64,000 nucleotides of DNA from an uncultured Desulfatitalea sp. (GTDB lineage: Bacteria > Desulfobacterota > Desulfobacteria > Desulfobacterales > Desulfosarcinaceae), in the NCBI GenBank assembly GCA_963668675.2, contig CAXXMB010000001.1:928001-992000 (forward strand), read 5' to 3'. Positions within the stretch are counted from its first letter, which is position 1. The number at the start of each line of letters is the position of its first letter. A model generated the notes under the pieces. That model was given only the letters and a program-made list of their open reading frames with translations. It was not told the DNA's origin and did no database searches. Both the position numbers and the translations under genes were made by a program. Below, piece by piece: positions 55,632 to 64,000 of the stretch.

Positions 55632-57446
55632 TTAACCCTCCTCCAAGGGGTCGATCAGCATGTTGTCAGCGAACTCCGCCCGGTCGAGAAACGGCCATAG
55701 GTCTTCCAACGGTTTTGAGACAATGCGCCCGTCGGGCAGTACCTGTGATGAGAGCCTCGGTGATGTGGGCGTATCCGGATCGACTATCACATCGCAAATC
55801 ACGGTGCCTTCGCTCGCCAGCACCGCCTCGACCTGCGCGCTCAAATTGGCTTGGCTCTCGATGCGCATCGTTCGGATGCCATACACCTCGCCCAGCCGGC
55901 AGATATCGGGCAGGGTCAGTCCGCTCTGTGCGTTGCAGCAGACGTAGCGACCCTCGAAATGGCTCTCCTGCATCGCTTTTATCGATCCGTATCCGCCGTT
56001 GTTTAGGATGAAGTACTTGATGGGCAGTTGCAATCGCGAGAGGGTCTCCAGTTCCTGGATGTTGTGCTGCAGGCCACCGTCGCCGATGATGCCGACCGTG
56101 CGACGGCCTCCCGAGGCCAGGCAGGCGCCCATGGCCGCCGGCAAACCGAAGCCCATGGCGCCGAGACCCGGTGTGTTCAAAAGCCGCTGCCCCTTCTTGT
56201 GGCTAAAGGCCTGCTGCACCACTTCGGCGCATGCACCCGAGCTGCCTGGAACAATGAGGTCGTCCGGTTGCAGCAGTTCGGAAAGTTGGTCCACCAGGTG
56301 GTAAAGATTGACGGGGCCTTCAGCGCCTTTGTGTTCGGGCAGAACGACCGGGTATTGCCGCGCCCACTCCTTGCAGCGGGCCAGCCATTGGGTGTGGTCG
56401 CTCTTAGCCTGCACTTCGGCCGCTTCGAGCATGCAATCCAAAAAGTCGGACAGATCGGCATGGACCTTCACATCAATATGCATGCCGAAAGTCTCCAATT
56501 TTCCGATTTCGGCTGGATCGATATCCACAACGACCTTACGGGCCGCCCTGGCGAAATTGGGATAGTTGTGGCCCACCTGGCACAGGTCGAGCCTGGCCCC
56601 CAGGGTCATGATCCAGTCGGCATTCTGTTGCGTAAAATTGGCGCCCCGCTGGCCGATGGCGCCTGGCTTTCCACTGTAGAGCCGATGATTTTCGGGTATC
56701 AGATCGGACGCCTTCCAGGTCGCCAGTACCGGAATGCCGAGCCGTTCTGCCAGTCGGTGAAATTTCTCCACGGCACCGCAAAGCCGCACTCCGTTACCCA
56801 GCAGGATCACCGGGCGCTGTGCCGCGTTCAACAGTGCCAAAGCCTCCGCAGCCTTCTGCCGGATCGCCTCACGGTCGATATTCTCGACAGATGCTTCAAA
56901 CCCCGCCAGCTTATCCTCCTCGACCACACTGCCCTGCACATCCAGAGGGATATCGAGCCAAACCGGACCCTTCCTTCCCGTGGTGGCCAGGTGCAGCGCC
57001 TTCTGAAGATGGTACTTAACTGTTTCCGGTTCGGTGACGGTGACGGCATACTTGGTGATGGGTGCGACCAGTGAAACGATATCCACCTCCTGGATGCCCA
57101 TCTGGCGCACGCCCACCTGTTGGCGCATATCCTGCCGTTTGACCTGTCCCGAGATCACCAGCAGCGGCGTCGAATCGATCCATGCGCCGGCCACACCGGT
57201 AATGGCATTGGTGCCGCCAGGTCCGGTGGTGACCAGGGCCACGCCCATGTGGTTGGTGTACTGACCGTAAGCCTCGGCCGCGATGACGGCCGCCTGCTCG
57301 TGCAGACAACAGACGGGATGAAGCGCTTGGCACCGCCCGAGGCTATCGAGCAGATGCATGCACCCTCCACCAGGAAGCAGGAAAATATCCTTTGCCCCCT
57401 GGTCGGACAGATAGCTGAAGATCCAGTCTGAAACTTTGATGGTCAT
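55632..57446 (-). CDS. ThDP-dependent carboligase (acetolactate synthase family, YerE-like)
   Basis: GGGCMHLLDS, HEQAA, TTGPGGTN, GAMGFGLP, GDGG...NNGGY, PLEDLWP. ATG 57446 overlaps the upstream TGA. Confidence 0.88.
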   Translation of the reverse strand: MTIKVSDWIFSYLSDQGAKDIFLLPGGGCMHLLDSLGRCQALHPVCCLHEQAAVIAAEAYGQYTNHMGVALVTTGPGGTNAITGVAGAWIDSTPLLVISGQVKRQDMRQQVGVRQMGIQEVDIVSLVAPITKYAVTVTEPETVKYHLQKALHLATTGRKGPVWLDIPLDVQGSVVEEDKLAGFEASVENIDREAIRQKAAEALALLNAAQRPVILLGNGVRLCGAVEKFHRLAERLGIPVLATWKASDLIPENHRLYSGKPGAIGQRGANFTQQNADWIMTLGARLDLCQVGHNYPNFARAARKVVVDIDPAEIGKLETFGMHIDVKVHADLSDFLDCMLEAAEVQAKSDHTQWLARCKEWARQYPVVLPEHKGAEGPVNLYHLVDQLSELLQPDDLIVPGSSGACAEVVQQAFSHKKGQRLLNTPGLGAMGFGLPAAMGACLASGGRRTVGIIGDGGLQHNIQELETLSRLQLPIKYFILNNGGYGSIKAMQESHFEGRYVCCNAQSGLTLPDICRLGEVYGIRTMRIESQANLSAQVEAVLASEGTVICDVIVDPDTPTSPRLSSQVLPDGRIVSKPLEDLWPFLDRAEFADNMLIDPLEEG

Positions 57447-58048
57447 CTTTGCCTGCTCTCCTCTTCCTCCCGCCTCTCTTCGAGAGAGGACAGTATCTTT
57501 TCCAACCCCATGCCGCCGCTGTTCCACGGGCGGGACAGCAGAAAGGTGGTCACGCCTGCAACGGAAGCACCGCGGACATGGTCCGGATGGTCATCGATAA
57601 AACAATCGACCCGGCCGAGCCATTCGAGATAGTCGCCTTTGGACCTTTCATAGCACGTTGCAATATCGTCGGACCGCGGAGACGGAACGAAATGAAAGGT
57701 GCGAATCCAATCCCCGAAGTGGCGCATCACCCATGCGGCACTCACTGCCGCCGCCTTGCGCGGCACAGCGGTGAGAGCTATGTGGCGGTATTTTGTGCCG
57801 TGCGTCTGGAACCACGCCACGATGTCTGGATTGGGCGCCATTCTATCGTAAGCTCCGGAGAGTCGAAACGCATCCAGCGATTGCAGGTAGTCCTCCAGCG
57901 TTGCACCGATCAATTGATGGGGAGGATTTGAATCGACCGCTTCGTAGGTCAGTTCGCAGTCGGGATGATGCGCCTTCCACCACTCCTCGAGCCAGGTGCG
58001 CATCAGATCGTTCAACACGTCGTCGATATCCCATGCGATGGTCAGCAT
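57443..58048 (-). CDS. HAD-superfamily phosphatase (5'(3')-nucleotidase-like)
   Basis: DIDDVL motif I, LTA, K, FIDD, PWN. Confidence 0.78.
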   Translation of the reverse strand: MLTIAWDIDDVLNDLMRTWLEEWWKAHHPDCELTYEAVDSNPPHQLIGATLEDYLQSLDAFRLSGAYDRMAPNPDIVAWFQTHGTKYRHIALTAVPRKAAAVSAAWVMRHFGDWIRTFHFVPSPRSDDIATCYERSKGDYLEWLGRVDCFIDDHPDHVRGASVAGVTTFLLSRPWNSGGMGLEKILSSLEERREEEESRQR

Positions 58049-58109
58049 CCGTTCCCGTTTCCGTTGTATAGTGCCATTCCCTTGCCGTTCAGCGAACCCG
58101 TCGGCTGCG

Positions 58110-59669
58110 TCATCGGCGCGATTGGGTTTCGGACGGATTGAGTGCCTCGTCGTAGAGCCAGTCCGCCCAGAAGGTCATCTCGGTCTTGCGATTCGTGTTT
58201 TTAAGGATCTGCGCATCGTCATAGTAGGAGTCGTCCACGAAGTGGGTACCTGACACCTCTTCGAAGATGCACCCCTTATCCGATCTGAAACTGTGCTTGA
58301 CCCCCCTTTCGACCAGAATGATGTCGCCCGGTCGATAGCTCTTCTCCCCTTCCCCCAGATCAAGGAAGAGCTCTCCGGAGATCACCTGGAAGGTCTCCTC
58401 TTTTCTCTTGTGAAAGTGACTCGGATGGCGCTGGTTGGGCAGCATGATGATCAGTTTTTTGCAATACTCCCGGTTGACGCAGTTGATGATGATGGCCCCC
58501 CACTCTTCGAGCCGTTCAAGCCCGTAGTGGTGCGACAGCTCGAACTGCAGCGTATGGGGCAGTTGCACCTTGCTGTCGATCAGCATGTCCCTCACCTTGG
58601 CAATGGCGTTTAGGACATGGGCCCGGATATTCTCGTTTCTGACGTCTTTAAAATAGAGCGGTGCTCCAGCCTTGATCGCTTTAAGCGCTGTGTACTCAGA
58701 GTACTTGGAGAGGTGGTTGGCGGCCACCTGATCATCGAATTTGGGGATGGCGAAAAAGAGGTCGGTGACCGACAGCTTCTCGCCCTCGGCGATATCCCTT
58801 TTGGCAAACGCCCCGCGCATGAGGCCTTCCAGATCAGTCCGCTCCTTGGCATAGATCTCACGCCGCTCTCCAGAGACGCCGCACATCTCGATGGCTTGCC
58901 GTGCAGCGGTCAGCCAGGTCTGCACCTGCGAGGGCGAAGACGAATAGGCGTTCAAGGCATACGTTTCGGTTGGAACCCCCACATGCCGCTCGAAAATAGC
59001 GGCCCCTTTGGCAATGGCCATTTTGATGGCGTCCTGATTGTCGGGATCTTCGTGGGTCGAATATCCAATAGAAACATCCGGATAGCGCGCTTTGAGAAAA
59101 TCGATCTGGTTGAGGTTGAGGTGCTCGGTGCCGGTCGGGTATTCGCCCACACAGTGCATGATGGCGAACTGTTTTCGCCTGTGCCTGAGAAACATCACGA
59201 CATGATCGATGTCCTCGATGGAGGCACCAGCCGTCGAAGCAACCACAGGTTTGTCGGTCAGGGCAATCCTCTCCAGCAGCGGCCAGTCGGTGAACGAACA
59301 GCTGGCCACCTTGATGATATCGAAATCGAAGTCGACGATCTTGTCCACGGAGGGTTCATCGAACGGTGTGCACATGGAGACGAATCCTGCCTTGTCAGCG
59401 GCCTGCTTCATCTTGAGCAAGGCATCGTCCTCCATGCGCGTCTCCTGAAAGCGCTTGACATATTTGTATTCGAAGCTCTTTTTGTAATCGGGATGAATAA
59501 AGGAATCCAGGGCCCGGTATTGAAATTTCATGGCGCAGACGAATGGAAACGGCTCAACGGCTTTTTGTAACGCGTCGATAATGCGTATGCCGTGGTCCGC
59601 ATCGCCCATATGGTTGTTGGCCATGTCAAAAACGAACAGGTTTTGAAACAGGATGCCATCTCTCTTCAT
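58110..59669 (-). CDS. NeuB/SpsE-family PEP-dependent ulosonate synthase + SAF + cupin fusion
   Basis: ANNHMGD, KFQ, TPFDE, KVAS, HC..YPT, GYSTHE, ERH; C-terminal YCKKL...HPSHFHKRKEETF...HSF...EEVS. Confidence 0.88.
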   Translation of the reverse strand: MKRDGILFQNLFVFDMANNHMGDADHGIRIIDALQKAVEPFPFVCAMKFQYRALDSFIHPDYKKSFEYKYVKRFQETRMEDDALLKMKQAADKAGFVSMCTPFDEPSVDKIVDFDFDIIKVASCSFTDWPLLERIALTDKPVVASTAGASIEDIDHVVMFLRHRRKQFAIMHCVGEYPTGTEHLNLNQIDFLKARYPDVSIGYSTHEDPDNQDAIKMAIAKGAAIFERHVGVPTETYALNAYSSSPSQVQTWLTAARQAIEMCGVSGERREIYAKERTDLEGLMRGAFAKRDIAEGEKLSVTDLFFAIPKFDDQVAANHLSKYSEYTALKAIKAGAPLYFKDVRNENIRAHVLNAIAKVRDMLIDSKVQLPHTLQFELSHHYGLERLEEWGAIIINCVNREYCKKLIIMLPNQRHPSHFHKRKEETFQVISGELFLDLGEGEKSYRPGDIILVERGVKHSFRSDKGCIFEEVSGTHFVDDSYYDDAQILKNTNRKTEMTFWADWLYDEALNPSETQSRR

Positions 59670-59692
59670 CGAAAACTCCATCGGTGGGTGAT

Positions 59693-60481
59693 CTACCAAA
59701 TTTTCCACTCTGCCTTCTGCTTGTTCCAAAGATCGTTCAAAAACTCCGCATCACGGATCGTGTCCATGCACGACCAGAATTGATTGTGTTTGTAGACCAT
59801 CAATTCACCTCTTCGGGTGATCTCATCGAGCGGGTAGCCCTCCAACTCGCAATCGTCCCGGTCTTCTAGGTAGTCGAAAAACTGCCGCTGAAAGACAAAA
59901 AAGCCCCCATTGATGAAGTTGCCGTTATACTTGGGCTTCTCTGCGAAATGGATCGCCTTGTCATCCCGGATGTTCAACTCTCCGAACCGCAGGAATCTGG
60001 GCCTCACGCCGGTCACCGTGGCAATCTTTCCGTGGTTGTCATGAAATGCCATCAGCTGGCCGATATCGATATTGGCTACCCCGTCGCCATAGGTGACCAT
60101 GAATCGTTCGGTATCGATATATTTCTCGATGCGCTTCAAACGGGCGCCCTTCAGGGCAGAATCACCCGTATTGCACAGGGTGATCTCCCAATCGCTCTCG
60201 CCGTGGCAGTTGTGAATCGTATAGCCGCAATTGGAGCCCAGCTTGATGGTGACGTCGTTGTTCATGATCTCGTAGTTGTAGAAATACTCCTTGATCATCT
60301 CTCCTTTGTACCCCAGGCATAGGATGAAACGGTGGAATCCATAATGGGCATAGACCTTCATGATGTGCCACAGGATCGGACGATTACCGATTTTCACCAT
60401 GGGCTTGGGCTTGAATTCCGTCTCCTCCCTCAGGCGCGTACCCAGCCCACCGCATAAGATAACCACAGGAATGTTGTTCAT
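59693..60481 (-). CDS. rfbF: Glucose-1-phosphate cytidylyltransferase
   Basis: LCGGLGTRLREET..KPKPMV.IG..PILWHIMK, TYGDG, INGGFF, FWSCMDT. Confidence 0.93.
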   Translation of the reverse strand: MNNIPVVILCGGLGTRLREETEFKPKPMVKIGNRPILWHIMKVYAHYGFHRFILCLGYKGEMIKEYFYNYEIMNNDVTIKLGSNCGYTIHNCHGESDWEITLCNTGDSALKGARLKRIEKYIDTERFMVTYGDGVANIDIGQLMAFHDNHGKIATVTGVRPRFLRFGELNIRDDKAIHFAEKPKYNGNFINGGFFVFQRQFFDYLEDRDDCELEGYPLDEITRRGELMVYKHNQFWSCMDTIRDAEFLNDLWNKQKAEWKIW

Positions 60482-61623
60482 ACGCGAAGTCCCGTTGTTG
60501 CGTTTTCATAATCCGAGATCTGGGCCATGCATATGGCGTGTGGCGCCTTATCCCGATAGGTTTTATACCAATCGACCGTGTGGCCGACCGCCTTTTCCAG
60601 ATCCCACGCCGGGTGCCAGCCCAGCAGGCTTTGCGCTTTGGATATGTCCAGGCTGAGCAGTGCGGCTTCATGAAGATCGGCCTGGGGCTCCTCAACCATC
60701 CAACGACCGCTGCCCCAACAACCGATCACCCGCTGGACCACCTCTCCCACCGGAACCACTGATGGCGCCGCTGGACCGAAGTTCCATGCACCGGAGAACG
60801 CCCCCGGCTCTGTCAGCATTCGCTCCGCAAGACATAAGTACCCGCTCAACGGCTCCAGCACATGCTGCCACGGTCGTTTGGCGCGGGGATGGCGGATGCG
60901 GATCGTCTCGCCATTTTCAAGGGCACGGATGCAGTCGGGAAGAATCCTGTGGTTCTGCCAGTCTCCGCCACCGATAACATTGCCGGCCCTTGCCGTGGAA
61001 ACGCTCTTGCCGTGGGTCTCAAACCGATCGGGATGAAAGTAGGCGTTGCGGTAGGCCGATGTGACCATCTCCGAACAGCTCTTGCTGGCGCTGTAAGGAT
61101 CGTATCCGCCCAAGCGGTCATTTTCGCCATACGCCTGCTGCCGGTCCCGGTTCTCATAGCATTTGTCGCTGGTTACATTGACGACGACCCTCAAGGTGTC
61201 GCTCTGCCGGCAGCACTCGAGCAGGTTGACCGTTCCGCCCACATTGATATCAAAGGTCTCTTTGGGGCGGTGGTACCCATCCAGCACGATGGGTTGTGCC
61301 GCCAGATGGAAGACCACCTCCGGCCGAATCTCACTGACCAGTCCGGATAGCCTGTCGAAATCCCTGATGTCGCCGACATGATGCCGGACCCGCTTTTCCA
61401 CACCGGAGACAACGAAGTTGTCCCTTTCGGAAATCGGGTCCAGGGCATAGCCGCTGACCTCGGCTCCCAGTGCCTCCAACCAGATGCAGAGCCATGAGCC
61501 TTTGAATCCCGTATGTCCGGTCACTAGAATGCGTTTGCCGGCAAAGATCTTCGAAACATGCACACCGGCATCTTTTCGGGCAGTCGCGCCGGTATATTTC
61601 GGATTGGACTGACGGTTATGCAT
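60478..61623 (-). CDS. rfbG: CDP-glucose 4,6-dehydratase
   Basis: TGHTGFKGSW, HLAAQP, TSDKCY, YSASK, RAGNVIGGGDW, RPWQHVLEPL. Confidence 0.95.
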   Translation of the reverse strand: MHNRQSNPKYTGATARKDAGVHVSKIFAGKRILVTGHTGFKGSWLCIWLEALGAEVSGYALDPISERDNFVVSGVEKRVRHHVGDIRDFDRLSGLVSEIRPEVVFHLAAQPIVLDGYHRPKETFDINVGGTVNLLECCRQSDTLRVVVNVTSDKCYENRDRQQAYGENDRLGGYDPYSASKSCSEMVTSAYRNAYFHPDRFETHGKSVSTARAGNVIGGGDWQNHRILPDCIRALENGETIRIRHPRAKRPWQHVLEPLSGYLCLAERMLTEPGAFSGAWNFGPAAPSVVPVGEVVQRVIGCWGSGRWMVEEPQADLHEAALLSLDISKAQSLLGWHPAWDLEKAVGHTVDWYKTYRDKAPHAICMAQISDYENATTGLRV

Positions 61624-62996
61624 TACAGTGCCACGTTCCTCTTTCCGGAGTGTGTTGCCGTCTGGACGAACTGATCGATAACGCCTATCGTGTAAGAGAT
61701 CTGCGCTGCTCCGATTCCCGGGTAGGTACCCAGAAAGAAGGTGTCGTTCATGATACGATCCGTGTTGTCAAGCGACCCGGCGGTTCGGTGTGCGATGCTC
61801 TGGTACGCGGGTTGGCGAAGCAGGTTGCCGCCGAACAGATTCCTGGTTTCTATTTTGTTTTCGTTGAGAAAATTTGTCAAACCCGTCCTGCTGAACCCGG
61901 CAGTGGATCTCACCGTGATCGGGTAGGCGAACCAGGCCGGATCCGAATTGGCAGTGGCCTCGGGCAGGATAAACCACTGCTCATACGCTTTGAATCCCGC
62001 CTCCCACGCCTTGAAGTTCTCTCTTCTGGCCCGGCAAAATCTGTCCAGCTTTCGCATCTGTTCAAGACCGATGGCGGCCTGGATGTCGGTCATCTTCACG
62101 TTGTACCCCACATGGGAGTAGACATAGCGATGGTCGTACCCCAGCGGCAGATCTCCATGACGGCCGGAAAATCGTTTTCCGCAGCGGTTGTTCTCCCCTG
62201 CCCCGCAATAGCAGTCCCGCCCCCAATCCCTCAGCGACCGGACAATCCTGGCGAGCATATTGTCCGAGGTGAGCACTGCTCCTCCCTCGCCGGTGGTGAT
62301 ATGGTGGGCTGGGTAGAAACTGCAGGTCGAGAGATGGCCGAAAGCGCCTGTCCAACGTTTTGCAGACGCTGTCCCTCCCCCTTCTCCCGACAGATATAAC
62401 GACCCCAAGGCATCACAATTGTCTTCGATGACAAACAGATCGTGCTGCCTGGCGATCGCCATGATGCCGTCCAGATCAAACGGATTTCCCAAGGTGTGGG
62501 CCATGAAAATAGCGCGGGTTTTGGGGCCGACTGCCCGCTCGATCGCCTCTGCTGTGGCATTGTATGTTGGAATCCTCACATCCACGAACACCGGGACAAG
62601 CCGGTTCTGCAGGATCGGATTGAGGGTCGTGGGAAAACCGGCCGCAACGGTGATCACTTCGTCGCCCGGATTCAATTTTTTCTCTCCCAACAGCGGCGAC
62701 GTCAACGCTGTCAGGGCAAGCAAATTAGCGGACGAGCCCGAATTGACCAGCACGGCATGCGCCGTGCCGACGACGCCGGCCAGCTCCTTCCGGAACGATT
62801 CAGCGAAGCGCCCTTCGGTGAGCCAGAAATCGAGGGATGCCGCCACCGCAGCCTGCAGCTCTTTTTCATCGAACGCCCTGCCGGCGTAGTTCACCGGCGT
62901 TTCACCGGGCGTAAAGGTGTCCCTCCCATGGGCCACCTGCCAGTAATCGGCCACAAGCGCCATGATCTCTTCGACGATTTTCTCACTCTTCTTCAA
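61623..62996 (-). CDS. rfbH: CDP-4-keto-6-deoxyglucose 3-dehydrase E1 (DdhC)
   Basis: NSGSSANL, EDNCDALG, SFYPAHHITTGEGG (His at the Schiff-base Lys position), RDWGRDCYC...C. Likely TTG start at 62996. Confidence 0.95.
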   Translation of the reverse strand: MKKSEKIVEEIMALVADYWQVAHGRDTFTPGETPVNYAGRAFDEKELQAAVAASLDFWLTEGRFAESFRKELAGVVGTAHAVLVNSGSSANLLALTALTSPLLGEKKLNPGDEVITVAAGFPTTLNPILQNRLVPVFVDVRIPTYNATAEAIERAVGPKTRAIFMAHTLGNPFDLDGIMAIARQHDLFVIEDNCDALGSLYLSGEGGGTASAKRWTGAFGHLSTCSFYPAHHITTGEGGAVLTSDNMLARIVRSLRDWGRDCYCGAGENNRCGKRFSGRHGDLPLGYDHRYVYSHVGYNVKMTDIQAAIGLEQMRKLDRFCRARRENFKAWEAGFKAYEQWFILPEATANSDPAWFAYPITVRSTAGFSRTGLTNFLNENKIETRNLFGGNLLRQPAYQSIAHRTAGSLDNTDRIMNDTFFLGTYPGIGAAQISYTIGVIDQFVQTATHSGKRNVAL

Positions 62997-63021
62997 GCGG
63001 CAGCCATCCTGTTTTTCTATC

Positions 63022-63897
63022 TCAACCGGTCGATGCAGCGCGGCTCGCCATTGCGGCCTGCTCTTTTCGAATGGCCTCCCGAATACCTTCGTCTCTGGGG
63101 ATTCCGGCATTGAGTGAAGCCAGTTGGGGATGCGCGTCAAGGAGCGCCAGAACATCCGGGCTCAGAAAGACCTTTCCCGGCGTATACAGTGCATCGTAAA
63201 CTGATGTTACAAAACGGTAGTCGACCTCGTGGTCCATCACCCAGCGCAATTGCGATGCGCCCCAGTTCTTCTCCAGCGTACCGATATCAAACAGCTCCGG
63301 GTGATGGGTGATGTACGGGAAGATGTGCTCGCGCTCCGATAGACGGTTCGCCTCTTGCCAGCAGCGCATCAGCGCATCATAGGCGTAAACGGTTGTATCC
63401 AGACCTACGGGAAAACTCCCGGAGAGCATGCTGAAATCATGCCCGCCATCGAAGTGGACGGCGATAACCTCGTCAACGACCACAGGATCCACAAGGGGGC
63501 AGTCGGCCATGATTCGCACGATATGTGACAGCCCGTACCAGGTGGCGGCCTGGTAGTAGCGGTCCAGCGGATCCGACTCGCTTCCGCGAAACACCGTCAC
63601 GCCGAGCCCACCGAAAAGGAGTGCAATGGGATCGTCTTTTGCATCGGTGGAGGTGGCCACAATGATACGGTCAATGTTCCGGCACCGAAGTATGCGCTCA
63701 TACACATGTTGCATAACCGGTTTCCCGGCGAGGTCCAGCATCACCTTGCCAGGCAACCTTGTCGATCCCAATCGCCCCTGTAGAATGGCCGTTGCCTTTT
63801 GCGCTGTCGGGGCTTCCGCACCGCGTTTGCCGGGGGCATCACTTCCGTGGCGTCGCATTCGATGGAGTTTCAGTTGGCTCGGTTTACTGGTCGGCAT
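63022..63897 (-). CDS. SpsF-like cytidylyltransferase (CTP_transf_3)
   Basis: QGRLGSTRLPGKV, VATS, FRGSESD.L.RY, RIMADCP, REHIFP. Confidence 0.85.
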   Translation of the reverse strand: MPTSKPSQLKLHRMRRHGSDAPGKRGAEAPTAQKATAILQGRLGSTRLPGKVMLDLAGKPVMQHVYERILRCRNIDRIIVATSTDAKDDPIALLFGGLGVTVFRGSESDPLDRYYQAATWYGLSHIVRIMADCPLVDPVVVDEVIAVHFDGGHDFSMLSGSFPVGLDTTVYAYDALMRCWQEANRLSEREHIFPYITHHPELFDIGTLEKNWGASQLRWVMDHEVDYRFVTSVYDALYTPGKVFLSPDVLALLDAHPQLASLNAGIPRDEGIREAIRKEQAAMASRAASTG

Positions 63898-63952
63898 CAG
63901 ATCCTTGGTGCGTTGGTGATAATATTTAGAATAATTGAGGCGGCTTCTGGAT

Positions 63953-64000
63953 TCAAGCTTTAATCTTAAAATTGAGCAGGTGATACAACTCTCTTCGAAA
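63953..64000 (-). CDS. 3' end of an upstream gene (partial, ...FRRELYHLLNFKIKA*)
   Basis: Frame open from the right edge to TGA 63953-63955; too short to assign. Confidence 0.3.
   Translation of the reverse strand, partial: FRRELYHLLNFKIKA

Noticed and set aside
55632..57446. Annotation as housekeeping acetolactate synthase (ilvB/ilvI)
   Set aside because: No small subunit or ilvC nearby; it is embedded in a CDP-sugar operon, which fits a YerE-like role.
1..64000. CRISPR arrays, tRNA/rRNA, transposases, prophage or defence systems
   Set aside because: No regularly spaced direct repeats or diagnostic motifs seen by eye; the repetitiveness is explained by TPRs and paralogous GT domains.

Overview
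Gene-dense bacterial chromosome segment. The gene families and many sigma-54 promoters suggest an anaerobic Desulfobacterota-like organism (inference). It has three parts. (1) 1-11.0 kb: TPR-glycosyltransferases, a TPR-methyltransferase and small GTs behind sigma-54 promoters. (2) 11.0-28.6 kb: a sigma-54-controlled sulfur-relay/redox module (two Cys-rich PAS enhancer-binding proteins, TusA-like, DsrE, CoA-persulfide reductase-rhodanese, DUF1638, RACo/ASKHA activator, flavodoxin, two Acr3/SBF-like transporters, USP, thioredoxin), followed by a cNMP-PilZ protein and ptsP. (3) 28.8-64 kb: a long minus-strand glycosylation island with an OGT-like GT41, TPR-GTs, GT2 paralogues, two pyruvyl-transferase-like genes, five radical SAM enzymes, FkbM, SDRs, NUDIX, and a precursor pathway (SpsF, RfbH/G/F, NeuB-SAF-cupin, HAD, YerE-like ThDP enzyme). 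The leading hypothesis is that this pathway makes a branched higher-carbon sugar of the yersiniose/caryophyllose type for protein (probably flagellar) glycosylation. No rRNA, tRNA, CRISPR array or transposase was seen. All product calls come from motifs read by eye, without database searches.
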